Below, piece by piece: positions 19,083-29,900 of a stretch of 64,000 nucleotides of DNA (its first letter is position 1; each line of letters starts with the position of its first letter). Position numbers and translations under genes: made by a program. The notes under the pieces are model-generated. The model did not search any database. It was given only the letters and a program-made list of their open reading frames with translations, and was not told where the DNA came from. Origin of the DNA: a virus (lineage: Duplodnaviria; Heunggongvirae; Uroviricota; Caudoviricetes); the IMG/VR virus record IMGVR_UViG_3300032030_000013; one strand, given 5' to 3'.

Positions 19083-20252
19083 TCATACTTCTTCTAATTC
19101 TATTTTTTCTTGGTGCTTAACTGCTTGAATATCATTAGATTCCCTGTCTGCTTCATTAAGGCATTCTTTCATAAGTTCATATGCATCTGAGAATAAGCTA
19201 AGTATCTTCTTATTCTTCTTAATGAAACTATTAATCTTAAAGCAGTAATATGTAATATTTGAATTTGCTACATTATATTTTTCAGCAATTTCCTTATTCT
19301 TCATTTTCTTGTGACCACGAAGACCATAGAATGAATACCAAACATCAAGAATCTTTGAATCAAATTCATCCTCAAGAACTTTCCAAATACGATTCCAAAG
19401 TTTCTCAAGATCTTCACTATCTAATTTCTTTCCTGCATCTGATGTTGATCCAATGAAATCAAACATTGTTTTTCCGCCTTCATCATCATGTCCTACAGCC
19501 TTATCACCAGATACTGATATGTTCTTTGTATTATGACCCTTTTGATCACGTTCCTTTTTCTGTTGTGAAGCAGGAATTCTTACAAGATGTGAATCATTAA
19601 CACCATTACCAATAATTTGATTACGCATACAATATGCTGCATACTGTCCAAAAGTATAAGATACTACAGCCTCATCAGTTGCAGTAGATTTCTTATTCTT
19701 TTTGCCATAAGTATTCATAGCATAAACCAAACCTTCTGAGCAGCAACCCAAAAGATCATTATAGCCAAGGTTAATCTTGCCAAGCCATTGCTTAGCAATC
19801 TTATGAATAAGTGGTTCATATTTCTTAGCAACAGCAGTACGTCCTGCTTCAGAATTCAAATCAAGTATAATTGCGTCAGGAGCCTGTTTCTTATTGATAA
19901 TTGATTCAAATTCTGCCTTTGTTTGGAACACTGGAATTTCCATATAACGTCCAGTCTTAATAAGAGTTCCAAGTAATTTATAAAGTTCTTTAAGATTATC
20001 CTTTGATGGAACACCAGCTTTATAAAATCCTGCTAAAGCATTCTCATCTAAATCATTAGATAATTCTGCAATATATGTATCATTATTTACAATAAGCCAA
20101 TTAATGATGTCTTTGGCTTCTGGAGAAATGAAATTATCAGCAATTTCTAAATACTTCTTGAGGTCAGCTTCCCCAATATAGTTTATAGAATTACTTTGTA
20201 CATCAAACTGAATTTTTGATTTTGCTTCTTTAATTTGAGTTAAACTTTTCAT
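19083..20252 (-). CDS. second sigma-70-family sigma factor (phage-encoded)
   Basis: CSEGLVYAMNTY...FGQYAAYCMRNQIIGNGVNDSHLVRIPASQQKK is region-2-like (YAxYxxRNxI...RIP). The C-terminal KNKEIAEKYNVANSNITYY is a region-4-like HTH. Confidence 0.6.
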   Translation of the reverse strand: MKSLTQIKEAKSKIQFDVQSNSINYIGEADLKKYLEIADNFISPEAKDIINWLIVNNDTYIAELSNDLDENALAGFYKAGVPSKDNLKELYKLLGTLIKTGRYMEIPVFQTKAEFESIINKKQAPDAIILDLNSEAGRTAVAKKYEPLIHKIAKQWLGKINLGYNDLLGCCSEGLVYAMNTYGKKNKKSTATDEAVVSYTFGQYAAYCMRNQIIGNGVNDSHLVRIPASQQKKERDQKGHNTKNISVSGDKAVGHDDEGGKTMFDFIGSTSDAGKKLDSEDLEKLWNRIWKVLEDEFDSKILDVWYSFYGLRGHKKMKNKEIAEKYNVANSNITYYCFKINSFIKKNKKILSLFSDAYELMKECLNEADRESNDIQAVKHQEKIELEEV

Positions 20253-20471
20253 ATTATATTTAAATTTTAGTTTTTACATCATACTTCAGCTAAATAGATA
20301 TTTAACTTTATTAAAAATAAATTTTTAAATCATATAATATTCATATATTTAATGATATATAAATATAGTATATATTATATAAAATTCAATAGTATATAAA
20401 TTTATTTTCTATTTATTTGAAATTAGTAAAATTTATTTACTATTTTTAATTAAAATTACATTTAACTATAT
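20253..20471. promoter_or_regulatory. About 220-bp AT-rich divergent intergenic region (strand-switch point; candidate divergent promoters or origin-like region)
   Basis: Lies between minus-strand gene start (20252) and plus-strand gene start (20472). Repeated TAGTATATA-like and TTTATTT words. No specific promoter consensus asserted. Confidence 0.4.
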
Positions 20472-20993
20472 ATGAAGTTTTTAAGAGATTTACTAGGTAA
20501 TCTTTTAATAGGTAGAATATGTAAAACAATAAGTTCTTTACGAGATTATCTTAAAGATTACGAATATATATCAGATTCTTTTTATAGTGATGCATTTAAA
20601 ACAGTAATAAAAGAATATTTGAATGTTAATATTCATAAAGATTGGTTGGGTAGATTATATGGAATTGCAAATCCAAATATAAGTAAAGAAGGTCAGTTTG
20701 ATATAACTAGAACAATAATTGAATTTGATGGAGACAATACAAATAATGAAGAATACGTAAAACATTGGGTTCATAAGCAATTGAATATAATAGGAGAAGT
20801 GTTTAAGATTGAAAAACTTTATCATTATATTAATTTGGAATTCAAACATGTTGGCCCAAAGGAAGCAGATAATTATTTATTAATATTTGATATTGTTTCA
20901 AGAAAGGAATTTGCTAAAAATTTTAAAGAGATGTTATTACATACATCAATATATGCAATAATTGGTTTGATAGTATTTTTTATAATTCTATAA
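20472..20993 (+). CDS. hypothetical protein with C-terminal transmembrane helix
   Basis: 173 aa. C-terminal IYAIIGLIVFFIIL. Confidence 0.5.
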   Translation: MKFLRDLLGNLLIGRICKTISSLRDYLKDYEYISDSFYSDAFKTVIKEYLNVNIHKDWLGRLYGIANPNISKEGQFDITRTIIEFDGDNTNNEEYVKHWVHKQLNIIGEVFKIEKLYHYINLEFKHVGPKEADNYLLIFDIVSRKEFAKNFKEMLLHTSIYAIIGLIVFFIIL

Positions 20994-21018
20994 TACAAAA
21001 ATATATAAACGTTTATAC

Positions 21019-21543
21019 ATGAATATAGAGGAAAAACAAAAGTTTTTGAAAGAGTATGAAGCTTCTATTGAAGGTAAGACTTTAGAAGAACTTCAAAACA
21101 TTGAAGCAGAATTGATTGCTGATGCTGAAGCAAATGATGAAAGAGTATCTAAACTTGAATTTGATTTGCCAAAGGATAATTATAAAGTAGTTGCTGAAGG
21201 AATTCGTATGCTATTAAATAAGCAGACCGTGCAATGGCAATATACATTAGGTCTTGTTGGTATGTACGATTTCTGGAACCCTGAAAAGAAAGCAAAGAAG
21301 ATTCCTTATGCACAGCTTGACAGTATTCTTCGTACATTAGGTTCAATGTCATTTACTGGTTATACAGAATGGTCTGCAGTTGTAGCAATCAATAAATATT
21401 TTGAGCCATTGCATAATGCTTATGTAGATGCTACTGAAGCTACATATGATATTGCTTCCAAACACGATATCGTTATTCGTAAGATGGAAACATTCAATAA
21501 AAAGGATGATGAAGATAAAGAAAAGAAGAAGCTTCCAAATTAA
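21019..21543 (+). CDS. hypothetical protein
   Basis: 174 aa. Followed by a terminator hairpin. Confidence 0.5.
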   Translation: MNIEEKQKFLKEYEASIEGKTLEELQNIEAELIADAEANDERVSKLEFDLPKDNYKVVAEGIRMLLNKQTVQWQYTLGLVGMYDFWNPEKKAKKIPYAQLDSILRTLGSMSFTGYTEWSAVVAINKYFEPLHNAYVDATEATYDIASKHDIVIRKMETFNKKDDEDKEKKKLPN

Positions 21544-21550
21544 TTTATAT

Positions 21551-21575
21551 AAGGTAGGTTACATACCTACCTTTT
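21551..21575 (+). terminator. rho-independent terminator (AAGGTAGGT / ACCTACCTT stem plus TTTT)
   Basis: Perfect 8-9 bp stem and T-run right after the stop of 21019..21543. Confidence 0.55.
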
Positions 21576-21576
21576 A

Positions 21577-21816
21577 TTGAATATGCCTAGAAAAAAGAAA
21601 GTTCAATTACAGCCAAAATCTAAACTTGGATTAAATGATCAAATTAAAATATGCTTTAATTGCATGTTTTACCAAAAAGATGGATTTTGCCCATGGGAAA
21701 ATGAATATAAAAACTATAATGATAAATGTGCAATCCATTTAAAGCATTGGCCGCATACATCTTTTAGATATAGATTAGATCTACCATATAAATTATTAGA
21801 CCCAACAAAAAAATAA
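21577..21816 (+). CDS. hypothetical small Cys-rich (zinc-ribbon-like) protein
   Basis: CFNCMFYQKDGFCPW...CAIH. 79 aa. Confidence 0.4.
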   Translation: MNMPRKKKVQLQPKSKLGLNDQIKICFNCMFYQKDGFCPWENEYKNYNDKCAIHLKHWPHTSFRYRLDLPYKLLDPTKK

Positions 21817-21824
21817 ATTATTTA

Positions 21825-22118
21825 TTGATTATGATTTTAACAACAGACATTTTATTAGCAAATGGATTCTATACAAATCATCCAGAAAAAGTATTAGGAT
21901 CATATAAAAAGACAGGATCAAATCCAGAATATTATATAGATGTACAATCAAAATATAAATCTTTATCAAATGAATATTGTTTTGATGTTGATTGCTGGAA
22001 ATGTAATAATGAAGGAGAAATAATCGAACGAACATTAAGATCTAATGTAAAGACTGTTGAAGACTTAAATGATATATTAACATATACACATATAGAAACT
22101 TTAAATTATAATTATTAA
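21825..22118 (+). CDS. hypothetical small protein (CWKCNNEG)
   Basis: 97 aa. Confidence 0.4.
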   Translation: MIMILTTDILLANGFYTNHPEKVLGSYKKTGSNPEYYIDVQSKYKSLSNEYCFDVDCWKCNNEGEIIERTLRSNVKTVEDLNDILTYTHIETLNYNY

Positions 22119-22137
22119 TTTTTGAAATATTAAATAG

Positions 22138-23913
22138 ATGATACATTTTGTTTTTTCTGATAGTGATCCAAGATATTTGTTTTTAAAATATGATTCTGAA
22201 TATGATGAAATTAATTTAAAGAAACTTAAGGATCATATCAATCTTACAGATCCTATATGTTATCTTTCAACATATCATGGACCACCATTTACTCAGGATT
22301 TCTTATATACATATGTCCAGCCTTCAGGTAATATCATATATTATTGTGCAATAGGTTTATGGCAAGAAATATATTTATTCTTTAAAGAAAATGATATTCC
22401 TTTTGATGGTTTATTAGATCATAGCGAAGTATTCAAAAGAAACATACCGCATACATTTGAACAATTTAAAGAAATTGTAGATAACTGGGGATTGAAGTTT
22501 TCACCAAGACCATATCAATATGAAGCTGCATATAAGATATTAAACTGGAAACAATCTGTATCTGAATTAGCTACTCGTGCAGGTAAGACATTGATAGCTT
22601 ATATGATATTTAGATATTGTATTGAATATCTTGGGGCTAAAAGGATATTAATGATTGTGCCTTCTATTCAGTTAGTAACACAAGGATATAATGATTTTTC
22701 AGAATATGCAGAATTCTTTAATACTGAATGTGTATGGGGCGGTGGTAAGTTAGTTGAATTTGCTAATCTTACAATAGGAACATTCCAATCATTAATTAAA
22801 TTCTTAGATAAAGGAACAAAATCAAAACCAAATAAAAAGTATAATCCAGATTTCTTTAATGGATATGATATAGTGTTTGTTGACGAGACACATAGAGCAA
22901 CTGCTAATCAAATTAAGACAATTATTAGTCAGCCATTTATGAAGGATGTTAAAATTGCTTTTGGTATGACTGGAACGATTCCTAAGAAAAAGACTATTGA
23001 ATATTACTGTCTTAAATCATTACTTGGTGCTACAATACAAGAGATTAAGCCAAAATATTTGATGGATGAAGGATATATATCAAAAGTAAATATTACACAA
23101 GTAAGACTTCATTATAAAGATTTAGAGAAATCTATTAATAATTATATATTATGCGCGGAATATGCATTATCTGAATTTGTAACAGAAGAAAGAATCAATC
23201 GTAATGGAAAGAAAGTACAAGAACGAATAAAATTAGATAATCCACAGTTTCAGATACAGTTCAAAAAGAAACTACCAATGGGTATTAATGAAATGAAATT
23301 GCAATTTTATGAAGATACTGATGAAGGAAAAAAGAATTGGATTCAAACATTAAAGACTTATATCAATATGTCAGAATCAACTAATTCATTAGTTGTTGAA
23401 AGAATGGTATCGCATTTTATGACAGAACGTATTGATTATCTTTGCAATAATATATTAGCGCAATGTGATAAGAATACATTGGTACTTGCGCATCATACAG
23501 AATATATTCATTATATAACAGATATCATTAAGAAACGTTTTCCAAATAAGCATATAGATACAATTACTGGAGCAGTATCACCAAAGAAACGTGATGAGAT
23601 TAAACAAATGCTTAAAGAAAATAATGATTGTATATTGATAGCATCTTATGGTACGTTATCAACGGGTATTACGTTATCAAATCTTTGTTATGGTGTTTTA
23701 TTTGAATCATTTAAGTCAGAAGTAATTAATATGCAATCAATAGGTCGTGGGTTGGGATTATCTGAACTTAAGGAAGAATTTATATTATTTGATGTAATTG
23801 ATTGTTTTGATAGAAAGATATTATCAAATAAAATATATCTACAAGGTTTAGCAAAATGTAGAAAATATGATGAAGAAAAATATCCATATAAAATTATAAA
23901 TGTAAATATATAA
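22138..23913 (+). CDS. superfamily-2 DNA/RNA helicase (DExH box)
   Basis: LATRAGKT (Walker A), IVFVDETHRA (DExH), MTGT (motif III), C-terminal helicase domain with QSIGRGLG. 591 aa. Confidence 0.7.
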   Translation: MIHFVFSDSDPRYLFLKYDSEYDEINLKKLKDHINLTDPICYLSTYHGPPFTQDFLYTYVQPSGNIIYYCAIGLWQEIYLFFKENDIPFDGLLDHSEVFKRNIPHTFEQFKEIVDNWGLKFSPRPYQYEAAYKILNWKQSVSELATRAGKTLIAYMIFRYCIEYLGAKRILMIVPSIQLVTQGYNDFSEYAEFFNTECVWGGGKLVEFANLTIGTFQSLIKFLDKGTKSKPNKKYNPDFFNGYDIVFVDETHRATANQIKTIISQPFMKDVKIAFGMTGTIPKKKTIEYYCLKSLLGATIQEIKPKYLMDEGYISKVNITQVRLHYKDLEKSINNYILCAEYALSEFVTEERINRNGKKVQERIKLDNPQFQIQFKKKLPMGINEMKLQFYEDTDEGKKNWIQTLKTYINMSESTNSLVVERMVSHFMTERIDYLCNNILAQCDKNTLVLAHHTEYIHYITDIIKKRFPNKHIDTITGAVSPKKRDEIKQMLKENNDCILIASYGTLSTGITLSNLCYGVLFESFKSEVINMQSIGRGLGLSELKEEFILFDVIDCFDRKILSNKIYLQGLAKCRKYDEEKYPYKIINVNI

Positions 23914-23915
23914 TT

Positions 23916-24113
23916 ATGAAAGAAAGATTCGGTTGTTTATTAGATCCAAACGATTATCCTAATATGTGTTATTCATGTGAACACTATAATGATTATGGAC
24001 CAGTTGCTGGCAGATTTAGTAAGTATAATGGCAAATGTAAATTTGATGGACATGAAACAGATGCATTAGTTAAATGTAAAATAAATCAATATAAGAAATT
24101 AAATCATGAATAA
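23916..24113 (+). CDS. hypothetical small Cys-rich protein
   Basis: CYSCEHYNDYG...CKFDGHETDALVKCK. 65 aa. Confidence 0.4.
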   Translation: MKERFGCLLDPNDYPNMCYSCEHYNDYGPVAGRFSKYNGKCKFDGHETDALVKCKINQYKKLNHE

Positions 24114-24480
24114 TATTAATATATTAAAAGAATATGAAGAGTTTATGCAGACGTCAAAGTTCTATCCACAAGATAAGTTGCCAATAACATATCCTGCATT
24201 AGGATTGAATGGAGAAGCTGGTGAAGTAGCAGAAAAAGTAAAGAAATGCTTGAGAGATAACAATGGTGTTTTTACTGAAGACATTAAGAAAGCAATACTT
24301 AAAGAACTTGCAGATACATTATGGTATATATGGGCATGTGCTGATGATATGGGATATGCATTACATGATGTATTAAGAGTTGGTATTGAAAAAGTTAAGA
24401 ATCGTAAAGAAACAAATACTGTGCATGGTTCTGGAGATAATAGAGAAGAAAAACAATTAGAATTTTTGAAAAATATTTAA
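24106..24480 (+). CDS. MazG-like nucleotide pyrophosphohydrolase
   Basis: All-alpha NTP-PPase signature GLNGEAGEVAEKVKK...ELADTLWYIWACADDMG. 124 aa. Confidence 0.6.
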   Translation: MNNINILKEYEEFMQTSKFYPQDKLPITYPALGLNGEAGEVAEKVKKCLRDNNGVFTEDIKKAILKELADTLWYIWACADDMGYALHDVLRVGIEKVKNRKETNTVHGSGDNREEKQLEFLKNI

Positions 24481-24489
24481 AAACGCATT

Positions 24490-24792
24490 ATGGACATTAA
24501 TGAATATCAAGCAAAAATACAAGAATATAAAAATTATCCTGAAGAAATAGGACCATATTCAACAATATTATCATTAACTAAAAACATAGGAAGATTATCT
24601 GAAAAACTTAATGATGTATTAATTAATGATCAAGGAAATTTTGACCAAAGAAAATCATTAAATGCAATTATAACATTAGGTGATATATTATTTGATATTA
24701 CACAAATGACGTCTGATTTAAAATATAATATGTCAGATGTAATATCTATTAATTTAATGAAACATGATAAAGAAAAGGAAGGTAAAAAATAA
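24490..24792 (+). CDS. hypothetical protein, possibly a second MazG-like all-alpha domain
   Basis: 100 aa. Weak resemblance (KNIGRLSEKLND...LGDILFDITQM). Confidence 0.4.
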   Translation: MDINEYQAKIQEYKNYPEEIGPYSTILSLTKNIGRLSEKLNDVLINDQGNFDQRKSLNAIITLGDILFDITQMTSDLKYNMSDVISINLMKHDKEKEGKK

Positions 24793-24820
24793 TTACATAA
24801 TTATTATCATAAATTAAGTG

Positions 24821-24910
24821 CTAGATATATCTAGAAAGCTTGCTAAGACCTTAGAATATTAAAATTTATAAACTATATATAAATTATATTCTAAGGTCTT
24901 AGCAAGCTTT
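24821..24910. terminator. long perfect inverted repeat between convergent genes (25-bp arms AAAGCTTGCTAAGACCTTAGAATAT, 24835-24859 and 24886-24910), preceded by the palindrome CTAGATATATCTAG (24821-24834); likely bidirectional terminator
   Basis: Read directly: perfect 25-bp arms with a 26-nt AT-rich loop. Confidence 0.55.
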
Positions 24911-24923
24911 AGAATGCATAATT

Positions 24924-25361
24924 TTAAATTATCTTATCTACAATTTCTTTTTTACCATTTTCATATTTTACCCAGTTTCCATTTACAAAATAATAATTTG
25001 CTTCTGTTTTACCTAAGTATTCCCATCTTTTATAAAATTCAGGATCTTTTGCATATAATCGTCTTTTGAAATTTGTATATAATTCATCACATAGAAAATT
25101 AGGTTGAATCAATTCTGCTTCTTTAGATAATTGTTTACATAATTCATAATCTTTATTTCTATATGCAATAAAGCATTCCTTATATTTTTTTACCCAGTCA
25201 ATATGGTCTTTATACATTAAATATGCAGGGTGATTAGAAGGTTTTGTTTTTCCTTCTGCCATATTTATAATCCATTGACATTCTACAATCTGCTTATTAA
25301 ATCTTTTTACATCAAGATCATTAGCAGTATCAGCAACAGTACCAGTTATAAAGATTGTCAT
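24924..25361 (-). CDS. hypothetical protein
   Basis: 145 aa. Confidence 0.45.
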   Translation of the reverse strand: MTIFITGTVADTANDLDVKRFNKQIVECQWIINMAEGKTKPSNHPAYLMYKDHIDWVKKYKECFIAYRNKDYELCKQLSKEAELIQPNFLCDELYTNFKRRLYAKDPEFYKRWEYLGKTEANYYFVNGNWVKYENGKKEIVDKII

Positions 25362-25363
25362 AA

Positions 25364-26194
25364 TTATTCTTCCTCCTCATTATCTGATTCTGCTTCTTTA
25401 GCATCCATCCATGGGTGTCTAACAGGATGTGGTTCAACTAATTCTACACTTAATCCAAATTCTTTATTAAGTTCATTTTGTTGTGTAAACTCATATTTAG
25501 TCATTAGATTAAATGCTTCATTATATCTATTGAATATCGACCAAAGTTTTGCAGGAGATGTTGGTGATGGGTATCCACCTTCTTTATAATGTTCCCAGTC
25601 TACAAGATTCTTAAACTTTGAATATGAAAGATCTAATTTTGTAATATATTCAGCAGCTTTTGCTAAAGTCTTGTAATGACCATAAAGTATTTTATTGATA
25701 TATTCACGTTTCTTTGCAGAATCTTCCATGATCCTTTCAAATTCTTCAGACTTATAATCTTCAAATGGCTTATATTCATAATTGTCTTGGTCAGTAATCT
25801 TAAGATCATTTCCTGACATATAAGATTCTAAGAATGAGTGACGAAGATTAGCAATCATTAATTTGTTTGAAAAATCATTCTCAAATTTAGCTATAGCCTT
25901 TTCCTTAAGTTTGTCATTATTTTTTAAAGCAGTAATATTTACAAAATCCAAATATGTCTTTTTATCAATATCAGTAATATCCTGTACCTTAAGTAAGTCA
26001 TCAATCTTAATAGAATCAGCTACTGAACAGATTTCACTTTGAATATCTGAACATGCCATTACAAGAGTATGAATCTGTTCATTAATAGGTTTACCTGCAA
26101 TATGTAATTCATTATCCGCTAATTCATAAGCAGATGCAAGTTTTGCAAGTTTCTTTTCTTTCTTTTGTTCTTCAGTTAATTGTTTCTTTGCCAT
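25364..26194 (-). CDS. hypothetical protein (adjacent to tail tube; possible tail assembly role)
   Basis: 276 aa. No motif recognised. Confidence 0.5.
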   Translation of the reverse strand: MAKKQLTEEQKKEKKLAKLASAYELADNELHIAGKPINEQIHTLVMACSDIQSEICSVADSIKIDDLLKVQDITDIDKKTYLDFVNITALKNNDKLKEKAIAKFENDFSNKLMIANLRHSFLESYMSGNDLKITDQDNYEYKPFEDYKSEEFERIMEDSAKKREYINKILYGHYKTLAKAAEYITKLDLSYSKFKNLVDWEHYKEGGYPSPTSPAKLWSIFNRYNEAFNLMTKYEFTQQNELNKEFGLSVELVEPHPVRHPWMDAKEAESDNEEEE

Positions 26195-26255
26195 ATTTAA
26201 TTAAATTTAAAGTTTATTAAAATATAAATAGTTAAATATAGGAAACAATTCAATA

Positions 26256-26288
26256 TACAAAAAAGGAACCCATTTCTGAGTTCCTTGT
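26256..26288 (-). terminator. rho-independent terminator (AAGGAAC...GTTCCTT plus T6 on minus strand)
   Basis: Immediately 3' of the tail tube gene. Confidence 0.5.
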
Positions 26289-26305
26289 TATGTTTATAAA
26301 TTATC

Positions 26306-26890
26306 TTATGATAATTCGTCTTCCCAATAGTCAGAACGTAATATAATAGATAATTTCATAGCTTCGTTATTAGCATAATCAAGATTTTCCAATCCTGTAA
26401 CGCTCTTAAGCATAACGTGGTGGAATATAGTACTTCTCCAGATATCACCATTACGAGTTGCAACAGCAATTCTTAAGTTATCTGAAATATATCCAACCTT
26501 AATTGAACGTGTACCATCAGCTAAATTATAAGAGAGATTTTCCCAAGCACGGAATACTTTCAATACAAAGTTATCAGTAACATTACGTAAGTTAAGATTA
26601 AGATCTATAGTAATGTCAGCTGCAGTTGTATCAAGAACAGGATTCAAATAAGAAACAGTAACACCATAGAATTTTTGTTCTCCAGTTTCTGTTGTCTTTT
26701 GTAATACGTCCAAACCTGCAACGTTTGTAACTTGTTCAGTTAAAAGTATTTCGTCTTCCTTAAATTGTTCTTGGATAGCTGCTGGCAATGTGAAATATAC
26801 TTCATATATAGAATTATGAACTGGGTCATATTTATTGATACCAGATTTAACATTCTTGATATGAGGTAAATGTGTTAATGTAGTAGCCAT
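26306..26890 (-). CDS. tail tube protein (T4 gp19-like)
   Basis: 194 aa directly downstream of the sheath. The C-terminus ...ILRSDYWEDELS parallels the T4 gp19 C-terminus ...LALDYWE (recall-based). Confidence 0.6.
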   Translation of the reverse strand: MATTLTHLPHIKNVKSGINKYDPVHNSIYEVYFTLPAAIQEQFKEDEILLTEQVTNVAGLDVLQKTTETGEQKFYGVTVSYLNPVLDTTAADITIDLNLNLRNVTDNFVLKVFRAWENLSYNLADGTRSIKVGYISDNLRIAVATRNGDIWRSTIFHHVMLKSVTGLENLDYANNEAMKLSIILRSDYWEDELS

Positions 26891-26972
26891 TATATTTTAA
26901 TATATCATATATTTTGTATTCTTCTTTTTAGAAGGATGGCACCGAAGTACCATCCCTTATATAATTATAATA

Positions 26973-29900
26973 TTAATCTATAATATTAGCAGTCATCTGG
27001 CCTGTTCTATATAAATGAAGTTCTTGTACCATCTTACCACAACCCATACCAGGTTCAATGTGAGTAGAGATAACAGCCATTTCATTATCAATAATTTCAG
27101 GAGTATTATTAGATTCGTCCATAATATTTCTGTAAGCTTGTATACCACCATTAGCAGCAGTTACAGCACAGATTTGATTAACCTTATCAAGGATTGCATC
27201 ACGTGTACGTTGGTTATTGAATTCCCATTGATAACGTTGAAGAACCTTTTCAATTTCATCCTGTAAGTATATGCATAATTCACGAACATTTACCTTAGAT
27301 AATGCAGAAACTGGAGTCTGCTTAGCAGTTTGGTTAGCGTTAATGAATGTACCGAAGTTTGGACGATAAACCATAACGTTTACACCAAATGGTTCAATTA
27401 TCTGAAGTTCATCTTGAGAATATTTGTAGTCAGGACCAACAAGACCTGCAGCAGAAATATTACCATAATTAGGACCAGCTACAATGTAGTATGGTTGACG
27501 TGACATATACTTTTCAATAAATAAGTTAGATACAAGACCTGCAGAAGGAACTATAGTATCAATATATCCATCAGTAAACTTAAGAGGTGTATAGAATGCG
27601 ATGAATGATGCTCCGTCTAATTCTGTTGGTAAACTAAACATTATAGCAGCAGCTTTCTTCTTGTTATATCCTTTAACAACGTATTCTACATTGAATACTC
27701 CCTTTGAATCAGTAAATGAAGTATATGGACACTTAACAAATGATTGTACTGATGGGAAGTTACCAATTGCAAATGCAGATTGTTTTTCTTTACATAAGTA
27801 AGAAAGTGTATTCTTAAGATTAGAAACTGGGAATGATTCAAATGTATCAATTACATAACGGTAATCAATTTCAGCCTTATTCAAAAGACCTGTACGAAGA
27901 CCCTTGTAATCAGTAATAGCAGAAAGTATGAATTCTTGCCATTTTACTTTAGCATACATATCAGTTCCAAGTGGACGATCATTCTTGTATGTATAACCTT
28001 CAAGATATTGAGGTTTCATTGTACCGATTTCTTGGTTAAGAGCAGCATCAATACGAACTAATGATTGGTTAGTAATTGAACCAGTTTCAGAATCTAATAT
28101 TTCGTATAAGAATGGCTCTGCAGAAAGAAGAACATAATAATATAAGAAATTACCATTTTCATCTAACTTAGTACCTGTTTCTTGTACATATACATTATCT
28201 TCAAATCCATCATTATCGTCATTTTCACCATTATCGTTATAATCAACAGTATTATCTTTAGCTAAGATACAATCACCCTTTTGAAGTACGTTAATCAATG
28301 AAGAATCATATTTAGCAGTACCAATTAATGCAGCTTGTGGAAGACCTGGAGTTATTTCAACGTCAGTTCTCCATTCCCAGTTATCATCACAGAAATCAAT
28401 GAATGAAACAGAAGAACCATAAACAGAATCAGCACCAACTGTATTAGTATTTAAGTATGTAAGATTAGTCTTGATTTGAACTGTCTTAAATGATGGCTTC
28501 ATGTTTTCATCTATATCAGTATAGATTTGACCATCAGCACCTTTATTTTCAAGACGAGATAATGCAGTAATAACCTTTTCAGGACCAGCTAATGGATTGC
28601 TTTCTTCAATAAATGCATTACCATTTTTCCAATATGTTCCTAAGCCATCAACAGGATTTCCTTCTTCATCATAAATAACACCTAATTTCTTAGCAGCTTC
28701 AACTGTCTTATTAGATTCACCATCATTAAAGAATGTCATTGTAACTTCTTGTTCAGTACCAACTTGAGAAAGTTTAATTTGATTAGAAGTAATTGTCTTA
28801 ACATATAATGTACCTGCAACACGAGTATTGCCAACAAAGATATCTTGTGCTGGAGTCTTTGTTTCAGGATCATATACATCAGTATGGAATTTAATCAAAT
28901 CAGCAATAACTGGTGAATTAATATTACCTAATACTGATGTTGTAGCAGTACCTGCATATATCTTATCAATATTTAATGATGAATTTAATTTATTAGGATT
29001 TTCAATTGTTGGGATAAACATACGACCTGAAAGATCAATGTTAGCAGCCAATTCTTCTTCTAATAAATCAGTATTGAATGACATCATTAAGTTATGAGTA
29101 TCAATATCACTATTGAATACAACGTTAAGACATGCATATGCACCTTGTTTATTCTTGAAGTAAGGTATTAATGATCCAATATAGTGACCTAATGCATTAG
29201 ATGTTTCATCTCTATACAATGCGTCAAGAGTATCAACTGAATCACCAAATGGATTAATTACTTTATCACGTAATTTAAGAACTTGGTTACCATTATCATC
29301 AAGTTCATTAGTGATAATGAAATAATCTTTAAGTGTATCAGAAGCTAATATCTGTTTTGCTTCGAACTTTCCTTTGAACACGTAAATTTCTGCAAAGAAG
29401 TCAGAAATTAAGTTATTTTTGTAAGGTTCCATAAATTCAGGCATATCTTCATCAGAATACCAATCGTTTACAGTAATGTTATATCCTGCAACTTTTGAAC
29501 CTGATGCTTTACGTATAAAATATGTTGCTGAATTTGCTTTTATATTAGTTGCAGAAATATTAATATATTGATCTAACAATGCACCTTCTACTGAACGTAA
29601 ATTATTTAAATGTTCTGCATCTAATGTCCAAAAACGAGTTGTGTCATATATATCCTCTATATTAAGCTTAACCTCATCAATAGGATTGAATTTAGGGTTA
29701 AAGTCTGTACTGATTGTAGCAGCACCTACTGTTTCATTATCAAACTTTTTAAGGTTAAGACATAAAATAGGACTTACCTTAAGCATTTGTAAAGCCAAAC
29801 GATGGAAGTATATGCCACGCTTTTCAAGCTTTTTAGATATGTCACCAAATAACAACTTAAATTCTTGTGGGTTACGAACGAATACTGGAACATTGAAAGG

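Noticed and set aside
20253-20471. tRNA genes in the long AT-rich gap
   Set aside because: The composition is nearly pure A/T and no cloverleaf-compatible GC-containing stems are visible. No tRNA-like structure was recognised anywhere in the window by eye, though a tRNAscan run is needed to be sure.
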